NCBI GenBank assembly: GCA_002010665.1
Contig: MTON01000024.1
Location: forward strand, 149,830-206,070
Reading direction: 5' to 3'
Length of the DNA stretch: 56,241 bases
From: Candidatus Aminicenantes bacterium JdFR-78
GTDB taxonomy: Bacteria > Acidobacteriota > Aminicenantia > JdFR-78
A program made the translations under genes and the position numbers. Shown here one piece after another: positions 52,580 through 56,241 of the stretch (position 1 is its first letter; each line of letters opens with the position of its first letter). Under the pieces are notes generated by a model that was given only the letters and a program-made list of their open reading frames with translations, did no database searches and had not been told where the DNA came from.

Positions 52580-53560
52580 TTATAGAAATCCCCTTTCCTT
52601 CATCCATTTATTATTAAAAATTGTGCTTAAATATCTTGAGGCGCTATCCGGAAAAATCGTTACTATTCTTGCTGGTTTATTAAGTTTTTTCGCGAGTTTA
52701 AGAACCCCCCACATTGCTGCTCCACTTGAGCCTCCAACTAAAAGACCTTCTTTTCTGGCGATTTCTCTTGTGCATAAAAAAGCCTCTCTATCTGTAACTT
52801 GATAAATATCATCTATAATAGAAAAATCTACACAATTAATTAAAAATTCATCACCCAATCCTTCAATAAGATAGGGTTTTGGTTTAACTTTTTTCTTTTT
52901 GTGGAAATAATCATAAAAAACTGAACCTAAAGGATCAATTCCTATTACCTTTATATTTGGGTCTTTTTCTTTTAGGTATTTTCCAACTCCACATATTGTT
53001 CCCCCTGTCCCTATACCTGCAACAAAATAATCTATTTTCCCTTCCATTTGCTCCCAGATTTCAGGACCCGTTGTCTTATAGTGAGTTTCATTATTTTCTC
53101 TGTTATTATGTTGATCAGGAAAATAACAATTCGGTATTTCTTGTGCTAAAAGCGATGCAATATTGTTATAGCTGTAAGGGGACTCGGGCGGAAGGGTGTG
53201 ATCAACCATATGAATTTCAACACCCAATGCCCTCAATTGATCAATTTTCTCTCTGCTAATGCTGTCTCTAACTATAACTTTTAATCTATAGCCTTTCTGA
53301 ATAGCTACCAAAGCTAAACCAAGCGCTGTATTACCTGAGGAACTTTCAATTATTAAATCCCCTGGTTTAATTCTACCTTCTTTCTCTGCTTTTTCAATCA
53401 TGTATTTTGCAATTCTATCTTTAATACTACCCATAGGATTCATGAATTCGAGTTTCGCATAGACTTCGCAACAAATGCCTTCAGTGATTTTATTCAATTT
53501 AACAAGAGGAGTATTTCCTATTGCTTCTAATGGGTTATCAGCACTTTTTTTCATTTCCAT
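52580..53560 (-). CDS. Cysteine synthase / cystathionine beta-synthase family PLP enzyme
   Basis: IGNTPLV, NPMGSIKDR, SSSGNT, GTGGT, IEGLG, PDSASRYLS. Confidence 0.9.
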   Translation of the reverse strand: MEMKKSADNPLEAIGNTPLVKLNKITEGICCEVYAKLEFMNPMGSIKDRIAKYMIEKAEKEGRIKPGDLIIESSSGNTALGLALVAIQKGYRLKVIVRDSISREKIDQLRALGVEIHMVDHTLPPESPYSYNNIASLLAQEIPNCYFPDQHNNRENNETHYKTTGPEIWEQMEGKIDYFVAGIGTGGTICGVGKYLKEKDPNIKVIGIDPLGSVFYDYFHKKKKVKPKPYLIEGLGDEFLINCVDFSIIDDIYQVTDREAFLCTREIARKEGLLVGGSSGAAMWGVLKLAKKLNKPARIVTIFPDSASRYLSTIFNNKWMKERGFL

Positions 53561-53688
53561 TTTAAGAAATTAAGAAAAATTTTAGCTTAATTTAGAAAGT
53601 CTGTAAAGACTTTTAATAAATAATTTGACAAGTCCATTAAAATGGAATTATTCTTAAAATTGTAACTTTCAGGATAAAAGGAGGAAAA

Positions 53689-54201
53689 ATAAGAAAAATT
53701 AAAATAGTAAAGTGGCTAATTGGAGCAAATATTCTATTATTCACGTTGAGCTGGATTATGTCTTTTGTAGCTTTTCCAAAATTGCCTGAAAAAATTCCCG
53801 TGCACTTTAATTTTTCCGGTAAACCCGATTCATGGAAAGAAAAATCTGTATTTTCCTTCTTTCTTCTCCCCATAATACAAACAATTTTTATAACCGGTTT
53901 TTTCTTATTAGCTTATTTCAGTCATTCCGTTAATTTTCCTAAAAAAGAAAGTCTGTCTACCCTTTCTCCTGAAAAAAGAGAAATAATTTATTCCCTAATT
54001 AAAGAATTTGTTTTTTTAGTTATGATATTTTTCAACCTTCTTTTCATCCATCTCCAAAGAAGTGTAATTCTTACAGCCCATCAGATAACCCGGGGAATAG
54101 ATAAAAGTTACTTTTACAGTATAATTGGAATTATTTTTATGCTTATATTTCTATACTTCCTGAGGATAAAGGTAAAAATAAAAGAACTTCTTATATCTTA
54201 A
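53689..54201 (+). CDS. DUF1648 membrane protein (SdpI-like N-terminus), probable ATA start
   Basis: LPEKIPVHFNFSGKPDSW; in-frame extension from 53746 to an ATA 4 nt after AAGGAGG completes the first TM helix. Confidence 0.75.
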   Translation: MRKIKIVKWLIGANILLFTLSWIMSFVAFPKLPEKIPVHFNFSGKPDSWKEKSVFSFFLLPIIQTIFITGFFLLAYFSHSVNFPKKESLSTLSPEKREIIYSLIKEFVFLVMIFFNLLFIHLQRSVILTAHQITRGIDKSYFYSIIGIIFMLIFLYFLRIKVKIKELLIS

Positions 54202-55902
54202 TTACTTTCTCTTCTTCCCTTTTTTCTCAAATTTTACCAACTTGCATAGAATCCAATTATCAGGGTCAAAAAGAATTTCTCTGGGTATTTGGTCAAAAGA
54301 GAATTCGAAAACATTATTTTCATTTTCCACCCAAATTATTTTTCTCAATTCTCCTGTTGGAAAAATGAATTTTAACTCTATCGGCATAATGAAAATAGGA
54401 GAATCTTTTTGAATTTGATTTATTATTATTCTAATTTTATTAAGTTCTGTTACGCCCCATCCAAACTGGTAAACAGGATAGCCTGATTTATAAATCCACT
54501 CATTAAAAAACCACTCCAGACTTTCTCCATAAATTTCTTCGCATATCTGTTGAAAATTGTTGGTGGATGCATTACTATAGGCATAAAGCAAAGCATATCT
54601 TTTCAATATTTTCCAAAATTTTGAATCTCCAACTATAAATCTCAGCATATGAAGAACCCATGCTGCTTTTTCATATTCTATTGAACAGAAAAGATGTCCA
54701 GAAGGTGGATTGTAAACTGGATGATCAGAACCTCTATGCAGGTTAAAATATATACTTTTAAAATTAGCCATTCGGGATTTTAATCCCTCAAAACCATAAA
54801 TATGCTCATGCCACAAAGCATCAGAATAAGTGGCAAAGCCCTCATTTAACCATATATCTGGCCAGTCTGATAATGTAACAAGGTCTCCCCACCATTGATG
54901 AGCTAATTCATGCGCTACTATCCAGTCATATTTATGATTACCAGTTATTAATGTTGAAGGATAAGAAGTACATGTTTGATGTTCCATTGCTATACTTCCA
55001 GGAATCTCTGCCATACCATATTTTTCTTCAATAAAAGGATATTCTCCGAATAAACTGGAAAAAAACTTTACCATGGACGGAGTAACGGAGAAATCTTCTT
55101 GAGCAGGAACAAAATCTTCCGGATAAACAAAATAGACGATTTCCATATCTTCTCCTTTACTTGAAAGATAATAATCTCTGAAGATTTCATAATTGGTAGC
55201 AGAAATAGATATTAGATAAGTAGCTATAGGATAATCTTCTTTCCAGAAATAAGTAACTGTATTGTCATTATTCGCAATCGCATTGATCAATTTTCCATTG
55301 GATGCTACTATCATTCCAGCTGGAACAGTAACCTTTATTTCAACTGTCGCCTTGTCAGAGGGGTGGTCATAACATGGAAACCAGTAGCGAGCGCCGCTTG
55401 GTTCATTTAAACTCCAGATGATGGGATAGTTATTATGATAAGAAAAATTGAGTCCTTCCTTGGGATTACCGTAATAGGAAATCTCTATTTCGGTTTTTTC
55501 ATCCATGTTGAGATTCTGAGATAAATAAATATCAAGTAAATTATTATGATGAACAAAATCAAGTAAAAATTTTCCTTGCATAATTTTAGTGATTTTTAAA
55601 TTATCCGCCAGATGAAGGGTAATTTTATTGAGATTATTGACAAGACTTCGAATTTGAATTGAGACATTACCATGAATAATGCGAGAATCGAAATTAATTC
55701 TCCAATTAAATTTATAGTGTAAAACATCAAAATTGTGTTCGGTTATTCCTTTGAGTAAAGCCAGGAAGTCATATTTTAATTTTTTATGATGGGGTATTTC
55801 TTGAGCTTGAAGTGAAAGAGTGATTATTAATGAAAGAATCAGAAGAAAATTTCTTTTGATAAGATTCAATCTATTAAAATTTATAAAATTTGACAATTTC
55901 AA
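54202..55902 (-). CDS. M1 family aminopeptidase, exported
   Basis: ARYWFPC.D.PSDKA, AMEH, HELAHQWWG, WLNEGFATY, YEKAA. Confidence 0.92.
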   Translation of the reverse strand: MKLSNFINFNRLNLIKRNFLLILSLIITLSLQAQEIPHHKKLKYDFLALLKGITEHNFDVLHYKFNWRINFDSRIIHGNVSIQIRSLVNNLNKITLHLADNLKITKIMQGKFLLDFVHHNNLLDIYLSQNLNMDEKTEIEISYYGNPKEGLNFSYHNNYPIIWSLNEPSGARYWFPCYDHPSDKATVEIKVTVPAGMIVASNGKLINAIANNDNTVTYFWKEDYPIATYLISISATNYEIFRDYYLSSKGEDMEIVYFVYPEDFVPAQEDFSVTPSMVKFFSSLFGEYPFIEEKYGMAEIPGSIAMEHQTCTSYPSTLITGNHKYDWIVAHELAHQWWGDLVTLSDWPDIWLNEGFATYSDALWHEHIYGFEGLKSRMANFKSIYFNLHRGSDHPVYNPPSGHLFCSIEYEKAAWVLHMLRFIVGDSKFWKILKRYALLYAYSNASTNNFQQICEEIYGESLEWFFNEWIYKSGYPVYQFGWGVTELNKIRIIINQIQKDSPIFIMPIELKFIFPTGELRKIIWVENENNVFEFSFDQIPREILFDPDNWILCKLVKFEKKGKKRK

Positions 55903-56241
55903 CTGGTAAGTAAACTTTTAAAAGTATAGAGTTTGTACAATCTTCTAAGAGTCTCGAGATTGCTTAAAGCAGCAAGTATGACCAATGTCAGGAATAGCTG
56001 ATTTGTTATTCCACCAAGAAAAATGATGAATAATCTCATGTCCCTTCCAAAGAATCTGAAAAACTTATGTTCAGAATTAATTTTTAAAATCAATCTATCA
56101 TAAAATTGAGCTGTATAACTGACCAAATAGGTACCGGTCAATGCGATAAATCCAAGAAACCAAACCCACTTTGCATTAGAATGTAACCAGATATTGTGGG
56201 TTATTCCAATTATTATTATTCCATCTGCGTATCTATCTAAA
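55899..56241 (-). CDS. CDP-alcohol phosphatidyltransferase (DIPP synthase-like), 5' end outside the window
   Basis: Frame is open to the window edge: LDRYADG...ALTGTYLVSYT...GRDMRLFIIFLGG. Confidence 0.75.
   Translation of the reverse strand, partial: LDRYADGIIIIGITHNIWLHSNAKWVWFLGFIALTGTYLVSYTAQFYDRLILKINSEHKFFRFFGRDMRLFIIFLGGITNQLFLTLVILAALSNLETLRRLYKLYTFKSLLTS

Overview
A strongly AT-rich, densely packed bacterial chromosomal segment from a diderm, probably anaerobic organism; an Aminicenantes/Acidobacteriota-like lineage is my inference from gene style, not something the sequence proves. Most of it is housekeeping and envelope genes: carAB, nadA, serS with two tRNA-Ser, bamA-skp-fabZ-lpxA-lpxI, queF, tmRNA, an amidase with a GerMN partner, der, purH, a TetR-HlyD-ABC exporter and many peptidases. 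I found no phage, transposase, integrase or CRISPR array. Four things stand out. (1) A dif-like XerC/D site (21168-21195) lies 55 bp beyond the end of a parAB operon whose ParB has non-canonical DNA-specificity residues, with a non-canonical 16-bp palindrome beside the parA promoter: a candidate terminus-linked ParABS system. (2) A methanogen-type homocysteine operon (DUF39-ferredoxin fusion, UPF0280, asd, aspartate kinase) is preceded by an unannotated Ile/Met-rich 26-aa leader ORF and mutually exclusive hairpins: a candidate attenuator. (3) A complete sigma54 promoter with tandem enhancer-like palindromes drives a stand-alone HD-GYP gene. (4) Two small membrane-protein genes appear to start at ATA. 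All calls come from motif recognition by eye; no searches were run.
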